Shown here: positions 43,008 through 52,002 of the stretch, piece by piece | How positions within the stretch are numbered: position 1 is the stretch's first letter | Layout of the letters: each line of letters opens with the position of its first letter | Assembly (NCBI GenBank): GCA_039961715.1 | Contig: JABRVW010000010.1 | Coordinates: forward strand, 36,679 to 100,678 | Source of the DNA: Ignavibacterium sp. | Lineage (GTDB): Bacteria; Bacteroidota; Ignavibacteria; UBA10030 | Direction: 5' to 3' | Length of the DNA stretch: 64,000 bases | Notes under the pieces: model-generated | Databases searched by the model: none | The model's input: the letters and a program-made list of their open reading frames with translations, nothing else | Told to the model about the DNA's origin: nothing | Program-made: the position numbers and the translations under genes

Positions 43008-44240
43008 TTACTGGCGGCGCTTGACCACAACAATCGTTCTATCATCCGTTTCCTCCGAACCCCGCGCAAACCTCTGGACGTCATCCAGGAGCCCAACACA
43101 GATCTGCTCTGCTGTCTGCGAGGCGGTGTCCTTGAGTTTTTGCTGGATCCGTTCCTCGCCGTACACTTCGCCCGACACGTCCCGGGCTTCGCTGATGCCG
43201 TCTGTGTACATCAGGAGGACATCCCCCGGATCAAGATAGGAATTTTCAACGACATATTTCTCCTCCGGAAACGGCCCCATCACCTGTCCTGTCGGCTCCA
43301 GCACCTCGATGCTCTCGTCCTTTGCATGGTAGAGGAAGGGGCTGTTGTGTCCTGCATTGGCATAGAGAACAAGGCCGCGCTTATCCCTGAACAACTCGGC
43401 ATAGAACATCGAAACGAACTGATCCTCGGCGAACGCTGCGTGAAGCAGACGATTCAACCTGGACATCAGCGTGGTGATCTTGGCATGGTAACTCACCCCC
43501 ATCCTCACTCCGCCGACGATATAGAGGGCCTGAGATGCCGCCCTCAACCCTTTGCTTGCGGCATCGCCGATGACAATGGGCAATCGATCGTCCTCGTTCT
43601 CGTCCTGAAGATAGTCGAAGAAGTCTCCACCGACAATCCTGTCCGGCTTTGACAAGCCGTAAACGTCGTAGGAATGGAACCTGAGGGCCGGAGGAGGGAG
43701 AATGATTTGCTGGATCTCGCGCGCCTTGTCGATATCCCGGGCCAGCATCTGCGCCTTCTGCTCAAGCCGCTTCCGTCCAAGGAGGGATGAAACCGCCACG
43801 CTGATGATGTTCAGCGTTGCCAGGAGGCTCTGATCGAGGTTGTCCGAGTTGAACGCCAGAAGATACTGGTATACCTTGCCCTTCCCGTACGGAAGCTTTT
43901 CCCCGACGCCGGTGACGGAGTACTTCACGATCCCTTTCTTCCTGAGGTAGGCGTTGGTTTCATTTGCGATCAGCGAGCGCTGATCCGAGAGTTTAAGGAA
44001 GATGGGATAGGTCGGAACGGGAATTCTGAACCCCGGATCCAGACGCTCGATCACGCCGATCTGGTGGATGAGCCTGTACGACTGCGTCGAAGGCTCATAC
44101 TGCCAGATCCGACCGCCCTTGATGTCGATGTTTTCGTCCTTGACGATCTCGTTGACGACATGCTTCAGAATCTCCTTGTCGGTCCGAAAATGTTCCGAGG
44201 CAAAGCTTTCAATCGTCCTGTAGAGCCTGCGTTGATTCAC
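43008..44240 (-). CDS. PP2C (SpoIIE/RsbU-type) Ser/Thr phosphatase with N-terminal GAF-like domain
   Basis: AREIQ, VGGDFFD, GDAASKG, NAGH, YTDGISEA, DDRT. Confidence 0.88.
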   Translation of the reverse strand: MNQRRLYRTIESFASEHFRTDKEILKHVVNEIVKDENIDIKGGRIWQYEPSTQSYRLIHQIGVIERLDPGFRIPVPTYPIFLKLSDQRSLIANETNAYLRKKGIVKYSVTGVGEKLPYGKGKVYQYLLAFNSDNLDQSLLATLNIISVAVSSLLGRKRLEQKAQMLARDIDKAREIQQIILPPPALRFHSYDVYGLSKPDRIVGGDFFDYLQDENEDDRLPIVIGDAASKGLRAASQALYIVGGVRMGVSYHAKITTLMSRLNRLLHAAFAEDQFVSMFYAELFRDKRGLVLYANAGHNSPFLYHAKDESIEVLEPTGQVMGPFPEEKYVVENSYLDPGDVLLMYTDGISEARDVSGEVYGEERIQQKLKDTASQTAEQICVGLLDDVQRFARGSEETDDRTIVVVKRRQ

Positions 44241-44270
44241 TGTTCCTTCCTGTTCGTCTGTGTTACAATG

Positions 44271-46424
44271 TCATTCTGCCGGAAGCACCTCATACACCAC
44301 GACGGGCTCCTGCTTCCCCTTCACCTGCAGCGGCTCGAGCTTTCTGAGCACCCCCGGCCCTCCCCCAAGCTCGCGAGCCGTCTCTTCTGAGATCAGAATC
44401 TGCCCGCCTTTAGCCGCTGCACATAATCTGGAGCCCAGATTGACGCTGTCACCGATGACCGTAAAGGCCATGCGATCCTCGCTTCCCATCGCCCCCATCA
44501 CCATATCACCTGTGTTGATGCCGATTCCCACCGTGAGGTAAGCCTTTCCCTCCTTCTGCCCGGCCAGGCTTGTCTGAATCTCCCTTGCCGCGCTCACGGC
44601 ATTCGTCGCCATCCCCTCACCTTCGAATACCGCAACGAGCTCATCACCCACGTATTTGTCAATATCACCTCCGTGACTTCGGACAATCCGTGCCTGCCGG
44701 GAGAGGCATTCGTTCAGCACGGCAACCACTTCTTCCGGATCCCGGCTCTCGGCGAATGCAGTGAATCCTCTGATATCGGAAAAGAACACCGTTGCTCTCT
44801 TTCGCTCGCCTCCCAGCCTGATCCCTTCCGCATCCGCCGCCCGTACGGCCCTCACGGTCTGCTCGGAAACGAACTTTTGCAGATGAAGCCTCTCGCGCAG
44901 TCCCCCAATCATGTCATTGATTCTTTGACCCAGGTTCCCGATCTCGTCGCTCGACCGTACAGGTGCCCGAACCGTAAAATCTCCGCTCCCGACGCGCTCT
45001 GCGACCCGGCCGATATCCTGAACCGGCTTGACAACCATCGCTTTCATGAATTGGCGCAGAACGATCCACGTTAACACGATCGTTACGAGGCCAACGGCCG
45101 CCGACCGCATCTTGTTTCCCCGGATCGCATCGTTGATCGCAGCCATTGAAGTCGTGACTTCCACCACGCCCCGAATATCGTGATTCTTTCCGTGGCAGGA
45201 ATAACACCGAACCTCATTCGGCAGTGGACTCAGGCGAACGAGGTATTCCGTTCCGTCCACGGTTTCCATGAACTGCAACGGTTTCTTCGTTTCCACGACC
45301 TCGCGGATTTCCGGCCGCTCGCGCAATGGCGGGTTCAGAAACCGCTCATTCTTCTCGTCATCGAACACCCGGACGACACCGACAATGGGGTTCAAGCGAA
45401 TGGCGTCCAGATAATAGCGTGTCGAGCTGGCACGGCCAACCAGCATGATGCTGCGAAAGCCTTCGAAAACCGTCGATTGCAGGGCGGCGGTGATGGCTTC
45501 CCTTCCTTTTCGGACCGTTTGCCACAACACAGGCTTGTCGAAATCGGCCACAAGCACACCGCGCACGGGATGCCGGGACCCATGGCAAACCTGGCACCGG
45601 TCTTCGTTGAGCAACGGAAGAAACACTCTCAGGACTGTTCCCCGGTCCTCAAAGGAAAGCTCCGCCGATCCTGCACCGACGACCCGGCGGATATCGTCCT
45701 CCGCCAATTCTTCTTCTTCCGGACCAAAGGCAAGCCAACCGTCCTTCGCATAGACCTGAACGCGCCGCACGCCGGGAATTTCACGAACACGCGCGGTGAG
45801 CGTATCCATCATTTCCCCCTGTCCACCCAGCATGATCGTTCTGAAGGCGGAGGCCACGAATTGGCTTACCGTTCCGGCCAGGTCGCGCACTCCGATCCGG
45901 GCCGAGGTGCGAATCGGCTCCGTGCGAAGACCGAGGAGCAGAACGCCTCTCAACGGTTCCCGCGGGTCGTGGCATCGCCAGCATTCGGACCGGTTGCGGA
46001 GGGGCTCGTACCGGGCATAGAGTTCTGAACCATTCACGTTCACGGACGCCGACGTCATCCTGGCCGATGCAAGGGTCTTGCCCAGCCACTCATCGTTCAC
46101 GTTGTAGGCCACCCCCTCGCCTTCCCGCAGGAAGACCTCACGACCAAAACGGTCGTAGATGGTGATCGTCGCAAATGGAAGATTTTCGCGCGTGTCGTTG
46201 ACGAAGGCGGCGGCAAACGGGGATTTGCCCGTGAGCATCACGTTGCGAATCCCGGCGCTCACGGACTCGGAGAAGAGATGGAGCTTTTCCTGCGCCTGGG
46301 TGAGAAGAGCCTCGGATTCCTTCTGGATGGTCAGGACAACGTAGGAGCCAAACCCGCCAACAAGGACAGCAATAATGAGGAGCAGGATCTTGAATTCAAT
46401 GCGAGTCTGGATTGCGCGGAACAA
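44271..46424 (-). CDS. Membrane class III adenylyl cyclase with three periplasmic heme-c (CxxCH) sensor repeats and a HAMP domain
   Basis: TTG start with AAGGA SD; TM1; CWRCH, CQVCH, CYSCH; TM2; HAMP (SDEIGNLGQRIN); cyclase FSDIRGFT, DKYVGD, GIGIN.G, FTVIGDSVNLGSRL. Confidence 0.88.
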   Translation of the reverse strand: MFRAIQTRIEFKILLLIIAVLVGGFGSYVVLTIQKESEALLTQAQEKLHLFSESVSAGIRNVMLTGKSPFAAAFVNDTRENLPFATITIYDRFGREVFLREGEGVAYNVNDEWLGKTLASARMTSASVNVNGSELYARYEPLRNRSECWRCHDPREPLRGVLLLGLRTEPIRTSARIGVRDLAGTVSQFVASAFRTIMLGGQGEMMDTLTARVREIPGVRRVQVYAKDGWLAFGPEEEELAEDDIRRVVGAGSAELSFEDRGTVLRVFLPLLNEDRCQVCHGSRHPVRGVLVADFDKPVLWQTVRKGREAITAALQSTVFEGFRSIMLVGRASSTRYYLDAIRLNPIVGVVRVFDDEKNERFLNPPLRERPEIREVVETKKPLQFMETVDGTEYLVRLSPLPNEVRCYSCHGKNHDIRGVVEVTTSMAAINDAIRGNKMRSAAVGLVTIVLTWIVLRQFMKAMVVKPVQDIGRVAERVGSGDFTVRAPVRSSDEIGNLGQRINDMIGGLRERLHLQKFVSEQTVRAVRAADAEGIRLGGERKRATVFFSDIRGFTAFAESRDPEEVVAVLNECLSRQARIVRSHGGDIDKYVGDELVAVFEGEGMATNAVSAAREIQTSLAGQKEGKAYLTVGIGINTGDMVMGAMGSEDRMAFTVIGDSVNLGSRLCAAAKGGQILISEETARELGGGPGVLRKLEPLQVKGKQEPVVVYEVLPAE

Positions 46425-46460
46425 ATCCGGTCCTTGGGAAAAAACTGCGTCGGAATGAAG

Positions 46461-46489
46461 AACATAGCGGTTTTTGTGGCGAGAATCAA
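46461..46489 (-). promoter_or_regulatory. Candidate sigma70 promoter for the cyclase operon
   Basis: Minus strand TTGATT-17 bp-TATGTT, 36 bp upstream of TTG 46424. Confidence 0.55.
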
Positions 46490-46514
46490 ACTCTCCGCGA
46501 GAGGTTGGGAACCT

Positions 46515-46907
46515 TCATTCGCCTGCGTCGCCGGGATCGTGAGCCGTCAACCACTCAATCGCCTCGTGTTCCTGCAAGAACGGTTTCATTCGAATGCCAC
46601 CGACCGCAGCATAGGTGGAGATCACGCGCGCCACACCATAGTGCAAGGGAGCGGAAACCGAAACGGCAACCTTTCCGGTGAGGGTTTTGCGGAGGCTCCG
46701 GAGGGTCAGTGCGAGCTTCCAGGATTCATCGGGCGTCGGGACAAACTCCATCTTCCGGACGTCGAGGTGAAGCGCCATGCCGGGTACAAAGCGGGAATCA
46801 CGCGTAACGGCAATGAGTGCATCTGCCGCCTGTTTGAAATCGAATTGACCATAGCCGCGGACCGTGCATCGGGCGTGGTCCGCATCGACCTGGACGTCGA
46901 ATGGCAT
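46515..46907 (-). CDS. Small SpoIIAA/STAS-SEC14-like protein
   Basis: SD GAGGAG; alpha/beta pattern LHLDVR...KVAVSV...F....EAIEWL typical of SpoIIAA-like proteins. Confidence 0.6.
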   Translation of the reverse strand: MPFDVQVDADHARCTVRGYGQFDFKQAADALIAVTRDSRFVPGMALHLDVRKMEFVPTPDESWKLALTLRSLRKTLTGKVAVSVSAPLHYGVARVISTYAAVGGIRMKPFLQEHEAIEWLTAHDPGDAGE

Positions 46908-46997
46908 TCGGACTCCTCAAGTAAAGTGGGAGGAAAACTGCGCATTACTTGGGCCATCGCTGCCGATGGATACTTCGACCCCCAGTCAGCGGGCGTC

Positions 46998-47026
46998 AAC
47001 CTATTGAGAAATCTACTCGGAAGCAA
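46998..47026 (-). promoter_or_regulatory. Candidate promoter for the STAS-like gene
   Basis: Minus strand TTGCTT-17 bp-TAGGTT. Confidence 0.4.
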
Positions 47027-47060
47027 GTCCTGCTGTTCCGCGGGGGGAAACTCGTTCCTA

Positions 47061-47654
47061 TTATCTCCTTGATAGCTCTTTCAACTCACGCAGTCCCTCC
47101 TCACCCAGGACAAAGCCAAGTTCCTCTTCACACACGTCAAACACCGTCCTCTCCCCACCTCTCACAACGGTGCAGCAGGCCGTCCGATTCACGAACTCCG
47201 CATCATCGATCACCAGTTCGCCTTCTTCGATGGTCACCGGATAGGCAACGCAGAAGAACGGCTTCAGGAAGAACTTCTCCATTCCCTCTCCCATTGCCGC
47301 CTTCTGAAGCACGCAGCGACCCGAGGAGTCGAGGAACACGCATCCATGCTCCGTCGCCTGCGTACCCACCGCTCTTCCTGAAGGAAAGTCCTTGTCCGGA
47401 TGCTCGTCTTCGAACCACCGGGCCGGATCGGCCACCTGGTGCGGCTCCATGTACCGGATAATGAGATCCTGATGCTCCAGGATCCGGTCACGTTCCTCCG
47501 GATCGATCATCACGCCATAGCGGCAACAGTCGGCATTGCAGTTCGCCATGGAACAACCCGCTGAAAAATTTCCCTCAAAGAAGGAAGGCCGGACCCGAAG
47601 GTCGGGCAGGTGACTGAGTCGATGTCTGTGGAGCGGAATCGGCTTGTCAGGCAT
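47061..47654 (-). CDS. Second DUF3109/YkgJ-like Cys-rich protein
   Basis: ATG 47654; CxxxxCxxxCC, GCVF, GRCVLQ, KPFFCVAYP, further CC and C. Confidence 0.75.
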   Translation of the reverse strand: MPDKPIPLHRHRLSHLPDLRVRPSFFEGNFSAGCSMANCNADCCRYGVMIDPEERDRILEHQDLIIRYMEPHQVADPARWFEDEHPDKDFPSGRAVGTQATEHGCVFLDSSGRCVLQKAAMGEGMEKFFLKPFFCVAYPVTIEEGELVIDDAEFVNRTACCTVVRGGERTVFDVCEEELGFVLGEEGLRELKELSRR

Positions 47655-48150
47655 GCTTCCCACGCTCCAGGTAGAAATAGATCAAATCCGTCGTCGGCGG
47701 CTTCACGCCAAGCTGGCGCAGCATCGCCACCACCTGTCCACGGTGATAGCTTCCATGGTTCACGACATGCTGCATCTGCCTCCAAAGCTCCGTGGCGAAG
47801 GGCTCGCCCTTGATGTTCCTGTAAGGATGAGAAGACTGAAGGCGCGCATCGTTCACGCCCTGCAGAAATGCCACCTGCCCCTCCTGAAGTGCAGTCCATT
47901 TCTTGCGCAGCAGGGAGAATGTGGGAATGTCTTTCTCGGTGATCAACACGGTCGGACTCTCCCCTCCCCACCTCTTCAGCCAGATCTCCCCGGCTCCGTA
48001 CGTGTGAATCAAGGTACCCCGGATTCCTCCATGACTCGTTCCCAGGTCCTTCGAGTACAGTTCATCGGAAAGCGTCCCAACCACCTCGAGCAGTTTGTCG
48101 GTGGCCCAGCGGTCATACGCGAACAATTCTTCCAGATGTTCTCTCGTCAC
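47647..48150 (-). CDS. DinB/YfiT family protein
   Basis: YDRWA, TLIH, HVVNHGSYHRGQ His triad. Confidence 0.85.
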   Translation of the reverse strand: MTREHLEELFAYDRWATDKLLEVVGTLSDELYSKDLGTSHGGIRGTLIHTYGAGEIWLKRWGGESPTVLITEKDIPTFSLLRKKWTALQEGQVAFLQGVNDARLQSSHPYRNIKGEPFATELWRQMQHVVNHGSYHRGQVVAMLRQLGVKPPTTDLIYFYLERGKHA

Positions 48151-50738
48151 GTTCGTTTCTCCTTCAGGCGTTCCTTGAGTTCGGCAAGTTTCTTGAGTGC
48201 CTCCAAAGGCGTCATGGAATCGACATTCAGCTCCCGGATTTCTTTCCGGAGCTCATCATCCTTCGCTTCAAAGAGAGTCATCTGTATCTCCTCTCTTCCG
48301 GCTCGCGCGCCTTCCGGCCCTTGTTTTTCCAGATTCTTCAGGATCGTCCCCGCGCGTTCAATGACTTCCGGTGGTAGACCGGCCATCTGCGCCACCTGGA
48401 TGCCGTAGGAATGATCCGCAAATCCCGGAAGTACCTTGTGCAGAAAGATCACTTTATCCTCGTACTCCCGGACGTCCACCTTGTAATTCCTGACCCGCGG
48501 CAGAATCTGCGCCAGCTCGTTCAACTCATGGTAGTGCGTCGCAAACAGGGTCCGCGCGCCAATACGCTGATGAATGTACTCCGTGAGCGCCCAGGCGATG
48601 CTGATGCCGTCGAACGTGCTCGTGCCCCGGCCGATTTCGTCGAGCAGAATGAGGCTCCGTGCAGTCGCGGTGTTGACGATCTTCGCGGCCTCATGCATTT
48701 CAACAAGGAACGTGCTTTCTCCAGAGGTGATGTTGTCACTGGCTCCGACCCGCGTGAAGATCTTGTCCACCAGACCGATCCTCGCCGTCCGGGCCGGAAC
48801 GAAGCTCCCGACCTGCGCCATCAGAGTGATCAGCCCCACTTGACGCAGGTAGCTTGATTTCCCGCTCATGTTGGGTCCGGTGATGATGTGGATCTGATCG
48901 GTCACCGTATCAAGAAGCGTATCGTTGGGCGTATAGCGCTCTCCCGGCGGGAGCAGGCGCTCGATCACAGGGTGACGCCCCTCCCGGATCTCGATCACCG
49001 TCGAATCGTCCACTTCGGGACAGACGTACGCCTGTTCCACCGCAACGTCCGCAAGCGATGCATAGCAATCGACAACCGCTACACTCCGTGCATTCCGCTG
49101 GATCACCGCGGCATACGACGACACGTCCCGCCGGAGCGCGTCAAAAAGCATCGTTTCCAGGGCTAGGATCTTCTCCTCGGCATGCAGAATTTTCTCTTCG
49201 TACTCCTTCAGGGCCGGCGTCACGTAGCGTTCAGCATTGGTCAGCGTCTGCTTACGGATGTATTCCGCCGGCACTTTCTCCCTGTGAGTGTTGGTTACTT
49301 CCAGATAGTAGCCGAAGACACTGTTGTAGCCAACCTTGAGCGACGGGATTCCCGTGCGTCGGCGCTCGTCCTCCTGCAGGCGAGCGATCCATTCCTTTCC
49401 GCTGAAGGCCAGGGTCCGAAGCTCATCGAGTTCCGCGTGATAGCCCTTCCGGATCACGCCGCCGTCGGCAAGAGAGGCGGGAAGATCGTCGTTCAACGCA
49501 GACCGGATTTTTTCGGCAACCTCCTCGAGCGGATCGATCTCATCCCTGAGGCGATTGAACTCGGAGGCCCGAAAGTCTTTCAGAACCGATTTCAGCTTCG
49601 GCAGAAGGGAGAGAAATTCACCGAGGTGGCGAAGTTCCCGCGGGATCGCGCGTCCTGTCGCCACTCTCGCTGTAAGCCGCTCGAGATCGCCGATATCATC
49701 GAGGATCGTTTCCAGGCGTTCTCTGCCGGCAGCGTGCTCAACCAGGTCCTTCACCGCTTGCAGGCGTGCGCGAATCCCGTCGAGATTGCGCAGAGGCATG
49801 TGAACCCATTTGTTGAGCAGTCTGCCGCCCATCGGCGTTCGTGTCCTGTCGATCACGGAAAACAGCGTGCCGGTGGTTTCTCCCTGCATCGTCGCCGCGA
49901 TCTCGAGATTGCGCTTTGTGGGACCGTCCAGCACCATTGCCTCACCTGGCTCGTAGAGCGAGATGCGCGTAATATGCGGAAGGTTGGCCTTCTGCGTCTC
50001 CTGCAAGTAGTTCATCACAGCTCCCGCAGCTACAACCGCCTGCTTCAGGTCCTCGAGTCCGAATCCCTTGAGCGATTGTGTCTTAAAATGCTGGAGCAGG
50101 AGGTCGTATCCATAGCCCGCATTGAACACCCAGTCGTCCAACACAGTGACGATTCCGTTGAATGCTCCTTTCAGAATTCCCTCAAGCGCTGCACGGTCTC
50201 GCTTCTGGACAAGCAATTCTGAAGGGTGCACGTTGGCGATGTGCTCGGCCAGCAGTCTCAGCGGTAGTTCCCCCGCATTGAACTCCCCCGTCGAGGCATC
50301 AACAAAGGCAAGTCCTGCATCGTCGTCGGCCGCGGCGACGGCGGAGCCGAGAGCAACACAAGCAAGGTAGTTGTTCTGGCGCCTGTCAAGCACTTTCTCA
50401 GAAAAAGCGACACCCGGCGTGACGACTTCGATGACATCCCGTTTGACGATTCCTTTGGCGAACCTGGGATCTTCAAGTTGTTCACAGACAGCAACGCGAT
50501 GACCGGCCTTCAGGAGCTTTGGAAGGTAGGATTCGAGAGCATGGTGCGGAAACCCGGCCAGCGGCACCTCGCCCGCCGCCCCGTTTCCGCGCTTCGTCAG
50601 CGTAATGCCGAGAACCGCGGAAGCAGTCTTTGCATCGTCTTCGAAGGTTTCATAGAAATCGCCCATCCGGAACAGGAGGATCGTGTCGGGATACTTTGCC
50701 TTCACCTGCCGGTATTGGCGCATGAGGGGCGTGGTCAT
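48147..50738 (-). CDS. mutS: DNA mismatch repair protein MutS
   Basis: TPLMRQY, GDFYE, TGPNMSGKS, STFLVEM, DEIGRGTS, THYHEL, SYGIQVA. Confidence 0.98.
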   Translation of the reverse strand: MTTPLMRQYRQVKAKYPDTILLFRMGDFYETFEDDAKTASAVLGITLTKRGNGAAGEVPLAGFPHHALESYLPKLLKAGHRVAVCEQLEDPRFAKGIVKRDVIEVVTPGVAFSEKVLDRRQNNYLACVALGSAVAAADDDAGLAFVDASTGEFNAGELPLRLLAEHIANVHPSELLVQKRDRAALEGILKGAFNGIVTVLDDWVFNAGYGYDLLLQHFKTQSLKGFGLEDLKQAVVAAGAVMNYLQETQKANLPHITRISLYEPGEAMVLDGPTKRNLEIAATMQGETTGTLFSVIDRTRTPMGGRLLNKWVHMPLRNLDGIRARLQAVKDLVEHAAGRERLETILDDIGDLERLTARVATGRAIPRELRHLGEFLSLLPKLKSVLKDFRASEFNRLRDEIDPLEEVAEKIRSALNDDLPASLADGGVIRKGYHAELDELRTLAFSGKEWIARLQEDERRRTGIPSLKVGYNSVFGYYLEVTNTHREKVPAEYIRKQTLTNAERYVTPALKEYEEKILHAEEKILALETMLFDALRRDVSSYAAVIQRNARSVAVVDCYASLADVAVEQAYVCPEVDDSTVIEIREGRHPVIERLLPPGERYTPNDTLLDTVTDQIHIITGPNMSGKSSYLRQVGLITLMAQVGSFVPARTARIGLVDKIFTRVGASDNITSGESTFLVEMHEAAKIVNTATARSLILLDEIGRGTSTFDGISIAWALTEYIHQRIGARTLFATHYHELNELAQILPRVRNYKVDVREYEDKVIFLHKVLPGFADHSYGIQVAQMAGLPPEVIERAGTILKNLEKQGPEGARAGREEIQMTLFEAKDDELRKEIRELNVDSMTPLEALKKLAELKERLKEKRT

Positions 50739-50789
50739 GCAGCGAAGATACTGAAACTTTGGGAGGAAGGAAAGGAACGTGAGACAGGG

Positions 50790-51857
50790 TCAGAGGAGGG
50801 GTTCAGGTTTGTGGGATCGTGCACGTGCCATCTCCACAATCCTCTTCAGTGTTTCCTTGAACGACAATCCCGCCTTCTCCGCCGACTCCATGAACGAAAC
50901 CCCTTCGGTGAGGTCCGGATTGGGATTCACTTCGAGAACATATACTTTGTTGTCTGTTGAGAGCCGCATGTCGATACGCGCGTAGTCGCGGCAGTTGGTC
51001 ACCGCATACGCCTGGAGCGCCCGTTCACGGATTTTCTCCTCCACCCTCTTCGGAAGCCTGGCGGGACAGATCGTATGGACACGGTGGAATTCCTCTTTCA
51101 GGGGATCCCATTTGGCGGCGTACGTGATCATGGGCGGAACCTCCTCAGGAAGCTCAGAAAAATCGTATTCGAGGATCGGCAGGACCTCCGGCGGGTCGTT
51201 GCCCAGCACGGCGACATGCAATTCCCGTCCCATGATGAATTCCTCGACCAGAATCGGCGGGCTGAATTCATGGAAGGCATGTTCGATCCTGTTCATAAGC
51301 TGGTCCAGGTTGTAGACCACGGAAGAGGATTCGACGCCCATGCTTGCATCCTCCCGTGCCGGCTTCACAATGAGAGGGTAGCGCAGCCCGTGACGGGTCT
51401 TCAGATGGGGTTTGAACAGCAAATGAAACCTTGGAGTAAGCACCCCGTTTTTCATCAGGAGTTGCTTTGTCAGCCCCTTGCGCTGACACAAGGCCAGTGC
51501 GAATGGCGGGGCTCCGGTATAGGGCACGCGAAAAAGTTCGTACAATCCCGCCACCATGTGCTCAAGCTTCGGGTCTTCGCGAAAATACTCCACCAGATTA
51601 AAGACGACATCCGGAGGATTCTTGAGGAGGGCAAGGAGGCGGTCAAGATCGTCATCCATGTTCAGGAGGGAGACCTTGTAGCCCGCACTCTCCAGAGCCT
51701 TCTGGATTTCCTGGTATTCCTCAAGCACCGTCGCAACATGAATATCGTATTCGGGTTTGAATCCGAGCGAGTTCGGGTCAACCTCCTTCAGTTTTTCGTA
51801 CTCGTCCTCACCCACATGGTTGAACACGAGTGCAACGGAAACAGATGGTTCAGGCAT
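50790..51857 (-). CDS. D-Ala-D-Ala-ligase-like ATP-grasp enzyme (non-canonical)
   Basis: VFNLVE, PYTG, IVKP.REDASMG, VEEFI.GRE, YAAKW, RDYARID.R, EVNPNPDL. It lacks the Ddl GGxSxE motif. Confidence 0.82.
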   Translation of the reverse strand: MPEPSVSVALVFNHVGEDEYEKLKEVDPNSLGFKPEYDIHVATVLEEYQEIQKALESAGYKVSLLNMDDDLDRLLALLKNPPDVVFNLVEYFREDPKLEHMVAGLYELFRVPYTGAPPFALALCQRKGLTKQLLMKNGVLTPRFHLLFKPHLKTRHGLRYPLIVKPAREDASMGVESSSVVYNLDQLMNRIEHAFHEFSPPILVEEFIMGRELHVAVLGNDPPEVLPILEYDFSELPEEVPPMITYAAKWDPLKEEFHRVHTICPARLPKRVEEKIRERALQAYAVTNCRDYARIDMRLSTDNKVYVLEVNPNPDLTEGVSFMESAEKAGLSFKETLKRIVEMARARSHKPEPLL

Positions 51858-51886
51858 TGTACGGAATGACTGTTATGGGTTGCTGA

Positions 51887-51974
51887 AAAATAGGAAGATT
51901 TTGACGAGAGGCAAGAAGAACTGGTTCATTCGAGGTTCTTCTTTGTTGCTATTCCCGCAAAGATTGGGTAGTTT
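51887..51974. promoter_or_regulatory. Back-to-back candidate promoters flanking a 9-bp inverted repeat
   Basis: Minus TTGCCT-16-TATTTT (51887-51914); plus TTGCTA-17-TAGTTT (51946-51974); AAGAAGAAC-13-GTTCTTCTT at 51913-51943. Confidence 0.45.
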
Positions 51975-52002
51975 TTTCCGCTGTTGAACTCAGAACAAGC
52001 CG

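Noticed and set aside
41355-46424. Pycsar/CBASS-like defence island (cyclase plus HerA)
   Set aside because: The cyclase keeps the ATP-selecting Lys and has periplasmic sensors; there is no TIR or cNMP-gated effector, and no mobile or defence context.
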